From: a virus
Reading direction: 5' to 3' (one strand)
Length of the DNA: 64,000 nucleotides
IMG/VR virus record: IMGVR_UViG_3300025704_000015
Span: 15,755 to 79,754 of that record
A model generated the notes under the pieces. The model worked only from the letters and a program-made list of their open reading frames with translations, did not search any database and had not been told where the DNA came from. This document shows, one piece after another, positions 1 to 9,292 of the stretch. Both the position numbers and the translations under genes were made by a program. Position 1 is the stretch's first letter. Every line of letters begins with the position of its first letter.

Positions 1-2
1 CA

Positions 3-419
3 GTTGTTAAAATGGATTATCAAAGTGAAATTGCAACCATTGTTGAACACCCAAACCGAAATAAATTTATATCAAAGTTAGCGCTTGATCAAAATGGTAA
101 TACACTTGTTCTTTTTAATCTCGTTAAGAAACATGGTAAACCTTTGTTTAAAATGATTCAAGACAGCGCAGATGATAAAGATAATATCTTTTATGTTAGT
201 GGAGAAGTAAAAGCGGATGACAGAGAAAACATTCGAAGTATTGTTGATACTAATCCCTTAACAACAACAATGAAATTTGGTTTAAAAAAGATCACTGTCG
301 GGCAAAACGTAAAAGTTCCATTAACAGATGGATCTGAAAAATTAGCGTGTGAAATAACAATAGATGATGATGTATTAGAAAATTGGGTAATGGCTCGATG
401 GCGTGAAGCGGGAATATAA
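3..419 (+). CDS. uvsW: UvsW-like SF2 helicase, N-terminal part (5' end outside the window), ending in a ~55-aa non-helicase tail
   Basis: Frame is open from base 3. RNKFISKLA...NTLVLFNLVKKHGK...YVSGEVKADDRENIR matches the T4-like UvsW RecA2 region; similarity stops after IVDTN (~254). Confidence 0.85.
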   Translation, partial: VVKMDYQSEIATIVEHPNRNKFISKLALDQNGNTLVLFNLVKKHGKPLFKMIQDSADDKDNIFYVSGEVKADDRENIRSIVDTNPLTTTMKFGLKKITVGQNVKVPLTDGSEKLACEITIDDDVLENWVMARWREAGI

Positions 420-582
420 AAGTAAAAAGACTTGGATGTTCTGGTGTACCTGGGAGGGTTATAATAAGAAGGACATAGATTTTAATAATGAAGGAATGAA
501 TGATTTAGATAAGATAAGTTATTCAGAATATAGAAAAAGATTAATATTAAAAAAAGAAAACAATTCATATGAAACCAGATAA
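403..582 (+). CDS. small 59-aa ORF between the two uvsW halves (not in ORF track)
   Basis: GTG403-TAA582 reads VKREYKSKKTWMFWCTWEGYNKKDIDFNNEG...; alternative ATG at 436; overlaps both neighbours. Confidence 0.4.
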   Translation: MKREYKSKKTWMFWCTWEGYNKKDIDFNNEGMNDLDKISYSEYRKRLILKKENNSYETR

Positions 583-904
583 AGTAACAAATACCACCGG
601 AGCAATTATTGTGGCAAGTACTGGTGTGTTTTCAACAGGAATTAATATTAAGAACTTACATAATATTATATTCGCTAGTCCAACAAAATCTCAAATTAAA
701 GTTCTTCAAAGTATTGGTCGTGGATTGAGAAAATCAGATGATGGAAGAAAAACTACTGTATTTGATATTTCTGATAACCTTAGTTGGCGTAAAAAGAAAA
801 ACTATACGTTTAAACATGCTCAGGAAAGAATCCGTATATATAATAAAGAGGGATTCAAATACAAGATCTTCGAAATACCATTAAGTTTAGATGAAATACA
901 ATAA
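569..904 (+). CDS. uvsW: UvsW-like helicase, C-terminal part (motifs V/VI)
   Basis: AIIVASTGVFSTGINIKNLHNIIFASP...LQSIGRGLRK and the HAQERIRIY tail are typical of UvsW. Confidence 0.85.
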   Translation: MKPDKVTNTTGAIIVASTGVFSTGINIKNLHNIIFASPTKSQIKVLQSIGRGLRKSDDGRKTTVFDISDNLSWRKKKNYTFKHAQERIRIYNKEGFKYKIFEIPLSLDEIQ

Positions 905-1277
905 CGACATATCAAACAAACTTGATGTTAGAATCTTTACTACTATTTCTGGAAGAGTCTTAATTGGAGAACTTATTAATGTATCGGATATTGGAGTTGA
1001 ATTAGAAAATGTATTTTTAATGGACCCTTCTAATCCCGAAGGGATGGTTCCCATACATCAAGATTCAATAATGAATACATCAATAATAACTTTATATGAT
1101 AAGATTATTGAAACTGAAACATCAGTTAATAGTGAATCAACTTTAAGTAATTACATTCAACATTGTTTAGGTAATACTTTAATGGATATTGAATCTAACT
1201 TTCCAAAAAAAATCAATAAAAAAAATAAGGATACTAATGATGATACCTTATTTAATTGGAGGAATAGGTTTAATTGA
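891..1277 (+). CDS. hypothetical protein
   Basis: 128-aa ORF between uvsW and gp55. Confidence 0.6.
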   Translation: MKYNNDISNKLDVRIFTTISGRVLIGELINVSDIGVELENVFLMDPSNPEGMVPIHQDSIMNTSIITLYDKIIETETSVNSESTLSNYIQHCLGNTLMDIESNFPKKINKKNKDTNDDTLFNWRNRFN

Positions 1278-1377
1278 TTATTGTTTTTGTTATTCTATAG
1301 AATATTATACTATAAAATCAATAGTATGTAAATAATAAAATTCATAATAATAAAAAAAGATTGATAGCATTTTGTTA

Positions 1378-1406
1378 TATACATTAGACTAAATCTATGG
1401 TATAAT
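1378..1406 (+). promoter_or_regulatory. sigma70-type promoter (TATACA-17-TATAAT)
   Basis: -35 variant and -10 at 17-nt spacing just upstream of gp55. Confidence 0.6.
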
Positions 1407-1414
1407 ATATACAT

Positions 1415-2101
1415 ATGAAGGATAAAGATAAACCTACATCAGATGAAGTAGTCAATAAGAAAGCCGTTAAGAAGAAGACGGCAAAAAAGAAAACTGCTAA
1501 GAAGAAGACTGCGAAGAAACGTGGCCCACATTATATTGATAACGCTTTATTCGGGCAAGCCGTATCTGAACATGTTAAAGGTGTTAAAGAAGATATTGAA
1601 AACGGTATAGATCCAAGAGGTATTACTGATTATATTGGTAAATGTTTTTTGAATATTGCAGAAGGTCTTTCTCATAGTGGTAATTTTATTAACTATACAT
1701 ATCGAGAGGATATGGTTATGGATGCAGTTGAGAATTGTATTAAGTATGTTAATAATTATGATATTGATAAACCTACGCGAACAGGAAAGCCAAACGCGTT
1801 TAGTTACTTTACACAAATTAGTTGGTTTGCTTTTCTAAGAAGGATTGCCAAAGAAAAGAAACAAACTGAGATCAAACAAAAAATAATCAGTACATCTGCT
1901 GTTGATGTATTTGCTGACTTTAGTGGAGACTCTGCTCAAATTGGTGAAGGAGTAATTAATAGGATGAGAAATACAAACCCATTCTTTAAAGAAGAAAAGG
2001 GCCCAACTCCTGAAGAAGTTGAGTTACCGCCAAAGCGTAGAGGAAGACGTCCTGCTAAGAAAGCTAAGAACGGTCCTTTAACTGATTTTTTCGATAAGTA
2101 A
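1415..2101 (+). CDS. 55: late-transcription sigma factor gp55
   Basis: HYIDN...YIGKCFLNIAEGLSHSGNFINYTYREDMVMDAVENC...NAFSYFTQISWFAFLRRIAKEKKQ; precedes gp47/gp46. Confidence 0.92.
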   Translation: MKDKDKPTSDEVVNKKAVKKKTAKKKTAKKKTAKKRGPHYIDNALFGQAVSEHVKGVKEDIENGIDPRGITDYIGKCFLNIAEGLSHSGNFINYTYREDMVMDAVENCIKYVNNYDIDKPTRTGKPNAFSYFTQISWFAFLRRIAKEKKQTEIKQKIISTSAVDVFADFSGDSAQIGEGVINRMRNTNPFFKEEKGPTPEEVELPPKRRGRRPAKKAKNGPLTDFFDK

Positions 2102-2102
2102 T

Positions 2103-3185
2103 ATGAAGTTAGTTGTAATAACAGACACTCATGCGGGTGTTAAAAATGGTAGTGATATCTTCTTAGATTATTCTGAAAGATTTTATGATAAGGTTTTCTT
2201 TCCTTATTGTTTAGAAAATGGTATAACTAAGATACTTCATCTTGGTGATTATTTTGATCATCGAAGAGTGGTAAATTTTAAAGTTCTTAGTAGGAATAAG
2301 AAAATGTTTCTTGATAAGTTAAGAGAACATGGAATGACCATGGATCTTATTCCAGGAAACCACGACGTATTTTATAAAAATACAAATTCATTATCAAGTT
2401 GCGAAGAGATTCTTCAACATTATAAAGATGTTGTAAATCTACACATGGAACCAACCGTCGTGAGTTATGGTAGTTTGGATATTGCATTAATCCCTTGGAT
2501 AAATTCTGAGAATTACGATGAAGTAACTAACTTTGTTAAAAATGTAAAAGCTCCATTCTTAGGTGGGCATTTAGAACTTCAAGGATTTGATATGATGAAA
2601 GGAGTTCAAGCTAGTTCTGGAGCTATGAAGTCTGATATCTTTTCTCGATTTGAAATTGTAATGAGCGGCCACTTTCATACGAAAAGCAATAAAGGAAATA
2701 TTCATTATCTTGGAACTCCCTTTGAATTAACCTGGGCAGATTGTAATGATCCAAAGTTTTTCCATGTTATTGATACAGAGACACGTGAGCTAATGCCAAT
2801 TCGTAACCCGCTTACAATTTATAATAAACTAGTATATGATGATAGTAAAGCGTCTGATGATATTATCACAGAGATTAAGTCGTGTAATTTTAGTTGTGTA
2901 CCAGATTCATATGTAAAAGTAATTGTTATTAATAAGAAGAACCCGTTTCTTTTTGACAAATATATTGATGAGATAATTAATAAAGAGCCCTTTGATTTAA
3001 AGATTGTAGAAAACTTTGATGAATATCTTTCAGAAAATGTTGAAGATGAAAAGATTGAAATAACTGATACTGTCAGCTTATTGAATACATATGTTGATTC
3101 TGTTGAAACTGAATTAGACTCTGACCGAATAAAATTAAAACTACAAGAACTTTTTGTTGAAGCTCAATCTTCAGACGCACTATAA
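2103..3185 (+). CDS. 47: recombination endonuclease subunit gp47 (Mre11/SbcD-like)
   Basis: Metallophosphoesterase motifs DTH, LGDYFD, GNHD, SGHFH. Confidence 0.93.
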   Translation: MKLVVITDTHAGVKNGSDIFLDYSERFYDKVFFPYCLENGITKILHLGDYFDHRRVVNFKVLSRNKKMFLDKLREHGMTMDLIPGNHDVFYKNTNSLSSCEEILQHYKDVVNLHMEPTVVSYGSLDIALIPWINSENYDEVTNFVKNVKAPFLGGHLELQGFDMMKGVQASSGAMKSDIFSRFEIVMSGHFHTKSNKGNIHYLGTPFELTWADCNDPKFFHVIDTETRELMPIRNPLTIYNKLVYDDSKASDDIITEIKSCNFSCVPDSYVKVIVINKKNPFLFDKYIDEIINKEPFDLKIVENFDEYLSENVEDEKIEITDTVSLLNTYVDSVETELDSDRIKLKLQELFVEAQSSDAL

Positions 3186-3191
3186 AATATT

Positions 3192-4913
3192 ATGATAGAA
3201 TTCCATACCTTAACATATTCAAATTTTCTCTCAGTTGGAGATACACCAATCACTATTGATTTTGAAGCAACTAAATCAACATTAATTGTTGGCCATAATG
3301 GATCTGGTAAGAGTTTAATGCTAGATGCTCTTAGCTTTGCTTTGTTTGGTAAACCACACCGAGCTATTAATAAGCCTCAATTAATTAATAGTATCAATGG
3401 TAAAAAGTGTTTAGTAGAAATAACCTTTTCGGTTGGTAATAAGAATTACAAAATCGTCCGAGGACTTAAACCAAACATTTTTGAGATATGGGTTAATGGT
3501 GAAATGATTAACCAAGAATCTCATTCCCGCGATTTTCAAAAGTTACTTGAGACAAACATTCTTAAATTAAACCATAAGAGTTTTCACCAAGTTGTTGTAT
3601 TAGGTAATGGCAATTTTGTTCCATTCATGCAGATGCGCCAATATGAAAGGCGCAATGTTATTGAAGATCTTTTGGATATTAGTATATTTTCTAAGATGAA
3701 TACTATTCTTAAAGATAATAATGCTAAGCTGAAAGATCAAATTAAAGATAATGAATATCAGTGGAAGTTGATTAAAGAAAAGATTATTTTACAGCGTAAG
3801 CATATTGATAAGTTATCAGATATCAGTGAATCTAATCGAGTTAAATATGAATCAGAGATTGCAGATATTCAATCAGAACAAAACGTTTTAATTGAAAGTA
3901 ACGAAAAAATCTTGGTTCGTTACAAAGCAGAGCATAGTGATACTGAAAAGAAGCTTAATACTTTAAATCGTAGTTTGAATAAAATGAAATCATTTGAATC
4001 TCAGATTAAAAGTAAAATGAATGCTATTGAAAAGGAAGCCGAGTTTTACAAGTCTAACTCAGCTTGCCCAACATGTAGCCAAACTATTGATACGGTTATA
4101 CGCGATAACAAACTAGAATCTTGTGGATGTAAACAAGAAGAACTAACTGATGGTTTTGAAAAATTACAGAACAACATTAAATCTACCGGCGAACAACTAC
4201 AAACCACTAATCAGGAAATGCAAGAGTTGTTTAAACTTAATAATGAAATGACTAGTAATAATGTTTTGATTAAAAACTTTTCAAAGCGGATATCTGAATT
4301 AAGTGCTCAAAAGAATGAAACCGCAGATGATAACGATTTAAAGAAATCGCAGAATGAATTACTTGATATGCAAACTACTAGGGATGACCTTAGCGATTTA
4401 AAATCAAAGCAAATTGAAGAAAAACATTATAATGATGTTATTGGTGAACTGCTAAAGGATACTGGTATTAAAACGAAGATCATTCGTCAATACCTTCCCC
4501 CGATGAATAAGTTAATTAATAATTATCTGCAGTTGCTTGACTTCTTTGTTAGTTTTGAATTGGATGAAAACTTTAATGAAACTATTAGAAGCCGCCATCG
4601 TGATGACTTTAGTTATGCATCATTCAGTGAAGGAGAGAAACAACGAATTGACTTAAGTCTTTTATTTGCATGGCGACAAATTGCCAAAATGAAAAACTCA
4701 GCAAATACAAACCTTCTTATATTGGACGAAGTGTTTGATGCTAGTCTTGATTTTGACGGCATTGATAATTTGTTAAAGATAATGCATTCGCTTGATGATG
4801 AAACTCGTGTTTTTGTTATTAGCCATAAGCAAGACCTCCTTGAAGGAAAATTTGATCGTAAGATTGAGTTTCAAAGACGCCAAAACTTCACAAGCATAAA
4901 ATCTATCACGTAA
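3192..4913 (+). CDS. 46: recombination ATPase gp46 (Rad50/SbcC-like)
   Basis: Walker A GHNGSGKS, coiled coil with CPTC hook, FSEGEKQR signature, LILDE Walker B. Confidence 0.95.
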   Translation: MIEFHTLTYSNFLSVGDTPITIDFEATKSTLIVGHNGSGKSLMLDALSFALFGKPHRAINKPQLINSINGKKCLVEITFSVGNKNYKIVRGLKPNIFEIWVNGEMINQESHSRDFQKLLETNILKLNHKSFHQVVVLGNGNFVPFMQMRQYERRNVIEDLLDISIFSKMNTILKDNNAKLKDQIKDNEYQWKLIKEKIILQRKHIDKLSDISESNRVKYESEIADIQSEQNVLIESNEKILVRYKAEHSDTEKKLNTLNRSLNKMKSFESQIKSKMNAIEKEAEFYKSNSACPTCSQTIDTVIRDNKLESCGCKQEELTDGFEKLQNNIKSTGEQLQTTNQEMQELFKLNNEMTSNNVLIKNFSKRISELSAQKNETADDNDLKKSQNELLDMQTTRDDLSDLKSKQIEEKHYNDVIGELLKDTGIKTKIIRQYLPPMNKLINNYLQLLDFFVSFELDENFNETIRSRHRDDFSYASFSEGEKQRIDLSLLFAWRQIAKMKNSANTNLLILDEVFDASLDFDGIDNLLKIMHSLDDETRVFVISHKQDLLEGKFDRKIEFQRRQNFTSIKSIT

Positions 4914-5052
4914 CTCGTTAATGGTTAATAGGTTAAAATGCATAAAACGTGATAATAACGTAAAAAGGGCATTAGAGAGCAATTCTTCTTATTTCCTATA
5001 ATATATACGTCAAACAGTTTTAAAATGGCTCTTTAAACGGTCTTTTTTACGA

Positions 5053-5115
5053 CAAACCCTTATTCTACGGGGGTTCCAGAACAAAATGTGCATTTTGTGA
5101 ATTATTTTATTTACA
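5053..5115 (+). repeat. 63-bp promoter-proximal repeat, copy 1 (copy 2 at 43976-44038)
   Basis: 61/63 identical to copy 2; contains the palindrome ACAAAATG-TG-CATTTTGT and ends in the -35 box TTTACA. Confidence 0.9.
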
Positions 5116-5138
5116 TTCTATGCTTTTTAGAGTATAAT
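5110..5138 (+). promoter_or_regulatory. early promoter TTTACA-17-TATAAT
   Basis: Near-consensus sigma70 boxes; shares TATAATATATCTACAAGGA with the promoter at 7585. Confidence 0.8.
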
Positions 5139-5182
5139 ATATCTACAAGGACGGCACGAGAATAGCCAACCACCACTATATC

Positions 5183-7540
5183 ATGATTAAAGAACCACAC
5201 GTTATTAAACCAAAGCCTGACCGCACTATTATTAATATAGACGCTCAGAAACAGCTTGCCAAATTATTAGCCACTGAAGATATTCAAGTGACTGTTGGCA
5301 ATTTTAAGACAGCCTATTTTGATGTTAAAAATCGAGTTCTTGGATTGCCTGCGTGGAATACCGATACTAAAGAGGTTTCCGACCTGCTGGTTGGCCATGA
5401 AGTTGGTCATGCTCTATTTACTCCTGAGGATGGAATTACTAAATTTAAAGAGCGTTATCCAAAACTCCCTTTTGACATTGCCAACATTGTTGAAGATATT
5501 AGGATTGAAAAGATGATCCAATTTAAATATCCTGGCCTTATTAAATCCTTTAATGATGGATACTCCTATTTTAAAGAAAACGATCTTTTTGAAATTAAAG
5601 ATAAGGATGTGAATGCTTTAGGATTCATTGATCGTATTAACCTTAAAGGTAAATTAAGAGATCTTATTGATGTCCAATTCTCCGATGAGGAAACCGTATT
5701 ATTTGATAAGGTTAACCGGTGTAAAACCTATGATGATGTATTGGACGTTATTCAAGAGCTTGCTGATTTTATTGAGAAAGAGGAAGAGAAAAACCCCAAA
5801 GAAAAGGCAAAACAGCCTTCTGATGACGGCGAGGATAACCAAATGTCTAACGATTCAGAATCAGGTGACGATGATTTAGAATCAGAAGATGATGATGGCG
5901 ATTCCTCTTCAAAATCCTCAGAAGATAAAAACTCATCTCCAGATACTAATACATCACATGGTGGAAACTCTGGAGGACAGCTTCACAGTAAAGAAGAAGA
6001 AACCTCAGAAGCGTTTAAATCAGAAACTCAAGATTCATTAGATAAACACCTTGAGGATCTTGGTGAAATGGCATCCAATGAAACTATCCTAAATAAATTT
6101 CCTGAAAAAAATGTGGGAAATTTAGTACACTCCCTCGATGACGTTCGCACGGCGCGTAAAGCCAGTATTCATTATGATACTATTATGAATGATCCAATGG
6201 TTCACGAAAAGTGGGCCTTGTTTAAGAATTCTACAAAGAAAAATGTAAATATCCTTTGTAAAGAATTTGAAAGGCGAAAAGCCGCACATTCATATTCAAG
6301 ATCTACACAAGCTAGAACCGGAGCCATCAATGTAAACAAATTGCATAGTTACCAATATGATGATCAGATTTTTAAATCGGTAACCAACCTTGCTGATTCT
6401 AAAAACCACGGAATGAATATTTTTATTGATAACTCAGGAAGCATGGGTAATTGCATCAGCGATGTTATTAAACAGACTATTCAATTGGTTATGTTTTGTA
6501 AGACGGTTGATATTCCGTTCTCTGTTTATAGTTTCACCAGTAAATCCGGTAGAGCCTTTTTGGAAAATGGTAAGTATATTAGAAAATACGAAAATAAAAA
6601 CGACTTCTTTAGAAATAATTTCCAATACGGAAATAACCTTGATATCTTTACTACCGAGGTTTGTGAGTTAATGAATTCCTCTTTAAAGAAATCTAAATAT
6701 GAAACTGCTTTAAAAGAATTATATATTCAAAGCGGTGCAATATTTTCAGATGGAGATAAATATGATAAGCTATCCATTCAAATAAATCAACCGTATGGCA
6801 CTAGAACATATCAGACTAACCTATATTTGGAACATAACTGTATGAATTCTGAATTAGAAGAGATGGGCGGCACTCCTCTTATTGAAACTTTAATCATGGC
6901 TCACGGCCTTATCAAAAATTTCAGGAAAACGCATAATGTTGAAAAAATGACAACTGTATTTTTAACAGATGGCGAAGGCCAAACTCCTCACTCTCATTCT
7001 ACCGAGCCAAAAGTAGAGGATGAAGAAAATCAAATGTATTCAAATTCTAAAGACCCTTGGGGAAATTACCGATATATTAAAATAGGAAAAGATACTGTTG
7101 ATATTAGTCGCCAAAACCCGAATGCATATTCTGATGTTGTAAAAAGTATTAAGAAGGACACCGGCTCTAAGATGATTGGATTCTTCTTAACTTCAAGTCC
7201 GGCAAATGGCAGAAATCATTCATTCGGCGCATTGGCTCATATTAAAAATCTACGTAAGTGGGAATATATTGACAAGTGTAAAAATGAAGCTAAGAAACTA
7301 AAAAGCAACTGTTATGCTATTGAAAATGGATATAACTATGATACCTATTTCGTTATTGATAACCTTAAATCCTTAAAAATAAATGATGAAGAAGAATTTC
7401 AAGTGCCAGACACCGTTGATACTGAAGATCTTAACAAAGCCGCGAATAGAAGTAAATTGGCAACCTCCTTTAAGAAGTTTAATACCACTAAACGACAGAG
7501 CCGAATTTTCCTTAATAAATTCATTGACACGGTGATTTAA
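5183..7540 (+). CDS. CobT-like metallopeptidase + VWA domain protein
   Basis: HEVGH and NIVED motifs, acidic linker, MIDAS DNSGS, GGTPL, FLTDGEG; paired with the downstream AAA ATPase. Confidence 0.8.
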   Translation: MIKEPHVIKPKPDRTIINIDAQKQLAKLLATEDIQVTVGNFKTAYFDVKNRVLGLPAWNTDTKEVSDLLVGHEVGHALFTPEDGITKFKERYPKLPFDIANIVEDIRIEKMIQFKYPGLIKSFNDGYSYFKENDLFEIKDKDVNALGFIDRINLKGKLRDLIDVQFSDEETVLFDKVNRCKTYDDVLDVIQELADFIEKEEEKNPKEKAKQPSDDGEDNQMSNDSESGDDDLESEDDDGDSSSKSSEDKNSSPDTNTSHGGNSGGQLHSKEEETSEAFKSETQDSLDKHLEDLGEMASNETILNKFPEKNVGNLVHSLDDVRTARKASIHYDTIMNDPMVHEKWALFKNSTKKNVNILCKEFERRKAAHSYSRSTQARTGAINVNKLHSYQYDDQIFKSVTNLADSKNHGMNIFIDNSGSMGNCISDVIKQTIQLVMFCKTVDIPFSVYSFTSKSGRAFLENGKYIRKYENKNDFFRNNFQYGNNLDIFTTEVCELMNSSLKKSKYETALKELYIQSGAIFSDGDKYDKLSIQINQPYGTRTYQTNLYLEHNCMNSELEEMGGTPLIETLIMAHGLIKNFRKTHNVEKMTTVFLTDGEGQTPHSHSTEPKVEDEENQMYSNSKDPWGNYRYIKIGKDTVDISRQNPNAYSDVVKSIKKDTGSKMIGFFLTSSPANGRNHSFGALAHIKNLRKWEYIDKCKNEAKKLKSNCYAIENGYNYDTYFVIDNLKSLKINDEEEFQVPDTVDTEDLNKAANRSKLATSFKKFNTTKRQSRIFLNKFIDTVI

Positions 7541-7584
7541 TAGGAAAAAATGTGAAAATAAATGCATTTTCTATCATTATTTTA

Positions 7585-7613
7585 TTTACATTCACTAAGA
7601 TTTAGTTTATAAT
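7585..7613 (+). promoter_or_regulatory. early promoter TTTACA-17-TATAAT
   Basis: Near-consensus boxes upstream of the CobS-like gene. Confidence 0.8.
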
Positions 7614-7674
7614 ATATCTACAAGGAAGGGAACGGATTCGCTAAGTACCTCCCATTACACCATCAAATTACATT

Positions 7675-8895
7675 ATGAAAAAAGACACCACAAATACGCA
7701 GAAGCCTGAGTCCAACTATGACACTGTAATGTCAGAATTAGAACAAGCAGTCTCAACATATCCAATCGTTAAAACGAAGGATATTTACACACACGCTAGA
7801 GCCCACGGTTATAGTTACAATAGTGCCAAAGAAACCTTTATGCACTCCGGCCCAAAGCGAGGTGAATGGGACATGCGCAATGTCTGCCTAACTAAGCCTA
7901 CGCAAAAGAAAGCTTCGGTGGCTCAACCTCAGCAAAGTAACTCTGCTGATGAGAATTTCAAATTTGCCACTTCGGTCCAATCGGTTTCCAATGACGATGT
8001 TTATATCCCAGAGGTAGATCCTAACTTTATTTCATGGGGCGACTTCTCAAAGATTAAGAAGATTATCGACTCAAAACAATTTTTCCCTCTGTACATTAGT
8101 GGAATGTCAGGAAACGGGAAAACAATGATGGTTGAACAAGCCTGCGCAAAGGCAAAGCGCGAATATGTTCGAGTACAGATATCACCAGAAACTGATGAAG
8201 ACGATCTGATTGGTGGTTTTCGTCTCATCAATGGTGAGACTGTATTCCAAAAAGGACCGGTACTAAAAGCCATGGAAGCTGGATGTATACTATTGATCGA
8301 CGAAATGGACCGAGGTTCAAATAAGATCATGTGTCTCCAAGGCGTCTTGGAAGGTAAGCCGGTGATGGTGAAAAAAACGGGTGGCGTAGTTCACCCCGCT
8401 CCTGGGTTCAACGTTATTGCAACGGCGAATACTAAGGGGCGGGGTGCCGATGATGGACGATACTCTGCCGCACAAATCATTGATGATGCTTTCGTAGAAC
8501 GATTCGTAGCAAGTATCGATCAGCCCTTCCCCGCATATAATGTCGAACTAAAAATTATTAAGAAGCATATGACTTCATGCGATGTCAGAGGGCACGATGA
8601 TTTTGCTGATAAACTCGTCAGCTGGGGCGCAGTTATCCGTAAGACTTACGAAAGTGAAGGCGTTGACGAATTAATCTCAACTCGCCGACTATGCCACATT
8701 GTTAAAGCTCTTTCAATCTTTAACAATCGCCTTGAAGCAATTAAGATGTGTATCACCCGATTCGAAGATGAGACTAAGGAAGCTTTCCTCGATCTCTATA
8801 CCAAGATTGATACAAATCAAATTGACAAAGATATGAATTTCACGACTGACGAAAACTCGACTGACGAAAACTCTAGTGATACTAGCCAACACTAA
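7675..8895 (+). CDS. CobS/MoxR-like AAA+ ATPase
   Basis: GMSGNGKT, LLIDEMD, ATANTKGRG, ISTRRL. Confidence 0.85.
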   Translation: MKKDTTNTQKPESNYDTVMSELEQAVSTYPIVKTKDIYTHARAHGYSYNSAKETFMHSGPKRGEWDMRNVCLTKPTQKKASVAQPQQSNSADENFKFATSVQSVSNDDVYIPEVDPNFISWGDFSKIKKIIDSKQFFPLYISGMSGNGKTMMVEQACAKAKREYVRVQISPETDEDDLIGGFRLINGETVFQKGPVLKAMEAGCILLIDEMDRGSNKIMCLQGVLEGKPVMVKKTGGVVHPAPGFNVIATANTKGRGADDGRYSAAQIIDDAFVERFVASIDQPFPAYNVELKIIKKHMTSCDVRGHDDFADKLVSWGAVIRKTYESEGVDELISTRRLCHIVKALSIFNNRLEAIKMCITRFEDETKEAFLDLYTKIDTNQIDKDMNFTTDENSTDENSSDTSQH

Positions 8896-8938
8896 TAAAC
8901 AACAAACGGCTATAACAACAAAAACAAAAACAACAAAT

Positions 8939-9196
8939 ATGAATAAACAACAAATTGCTAAATTCCGCACGCTCGTTAAACGCAACACTCAATCAGACGC
9001 TGTTGCCGAATGTCTTAACCGAGGCGAAGAGTTCTCAGTTGAAGATGCAAAAATGGCTGGCATTGGCGATCCCCGCCGTGTCGTAAATCGCCTTCGCACA
9101 GAGCGAGGTGTTAAGATTTACTCTAACTCTCACCGCCTACGCGGCGGTACTACCGTTAAGCGATACACCCTAGTTAGTCCTAAGGCAAAACGTTAA
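8939..9196 (+). CDS. small basic protein, possible winged-HTH
   Basis: ATG8939 follows an A-rich leader; GIGDPRRVVNRLR suggests a helix-turn-helix pattern. Confidence 0.55.
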   Translation: MNKQQIAKFRTLVKRNTQSDAVAECLNRGEEFSVEDAKMAGIGDPRRVVNRLRTERGVKIYSNSHRLRGGTTVKRYTLVSPKAKR

Positions 9197-9211
9197 TAGA
9201 CGGTAATAATA

Positions 9212-9256
9212 GTGCCGTGTCAGGGTTGTGGTGGTCCTGACACGGTTACTTTTTTT
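9212..9256 (+). terminator. intrinsic terminator
   Basis: CCGTGTCAGG/CCTGACACGG stem followed by a T-run. Confidence 0.8.
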
Positions 9257-9257
9257 A

Positions 9258-9286
9258 TTTACAAATCACTACAATTAGAATATAAT
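9258..9286 (+). promoter_or_regulatory. promoter TTTACA-17-TATAAT
   Basis: Upstream of the gp45 ATG at 9293. Confidence 0.8.
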
Positions 9287-9292
9287 ATCATT

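Noticed and set aside
255-592. Group I intron, ribosomal hop or canonical intein in uvsW
   Set aside because: I saw no P/Q/R/S core or fitting U/G splice junction, no stop right after a matching take-off codon, and no Cys/Ser-start, HN-end intein. Kept only as a split gene.
9212-9292. GTG-start N-terminal extension of gp45 (MPCQGCGG...)
   Set aside because: It overlaps a terminator and a promoter; ATG9293 matches the usual gp45 start.
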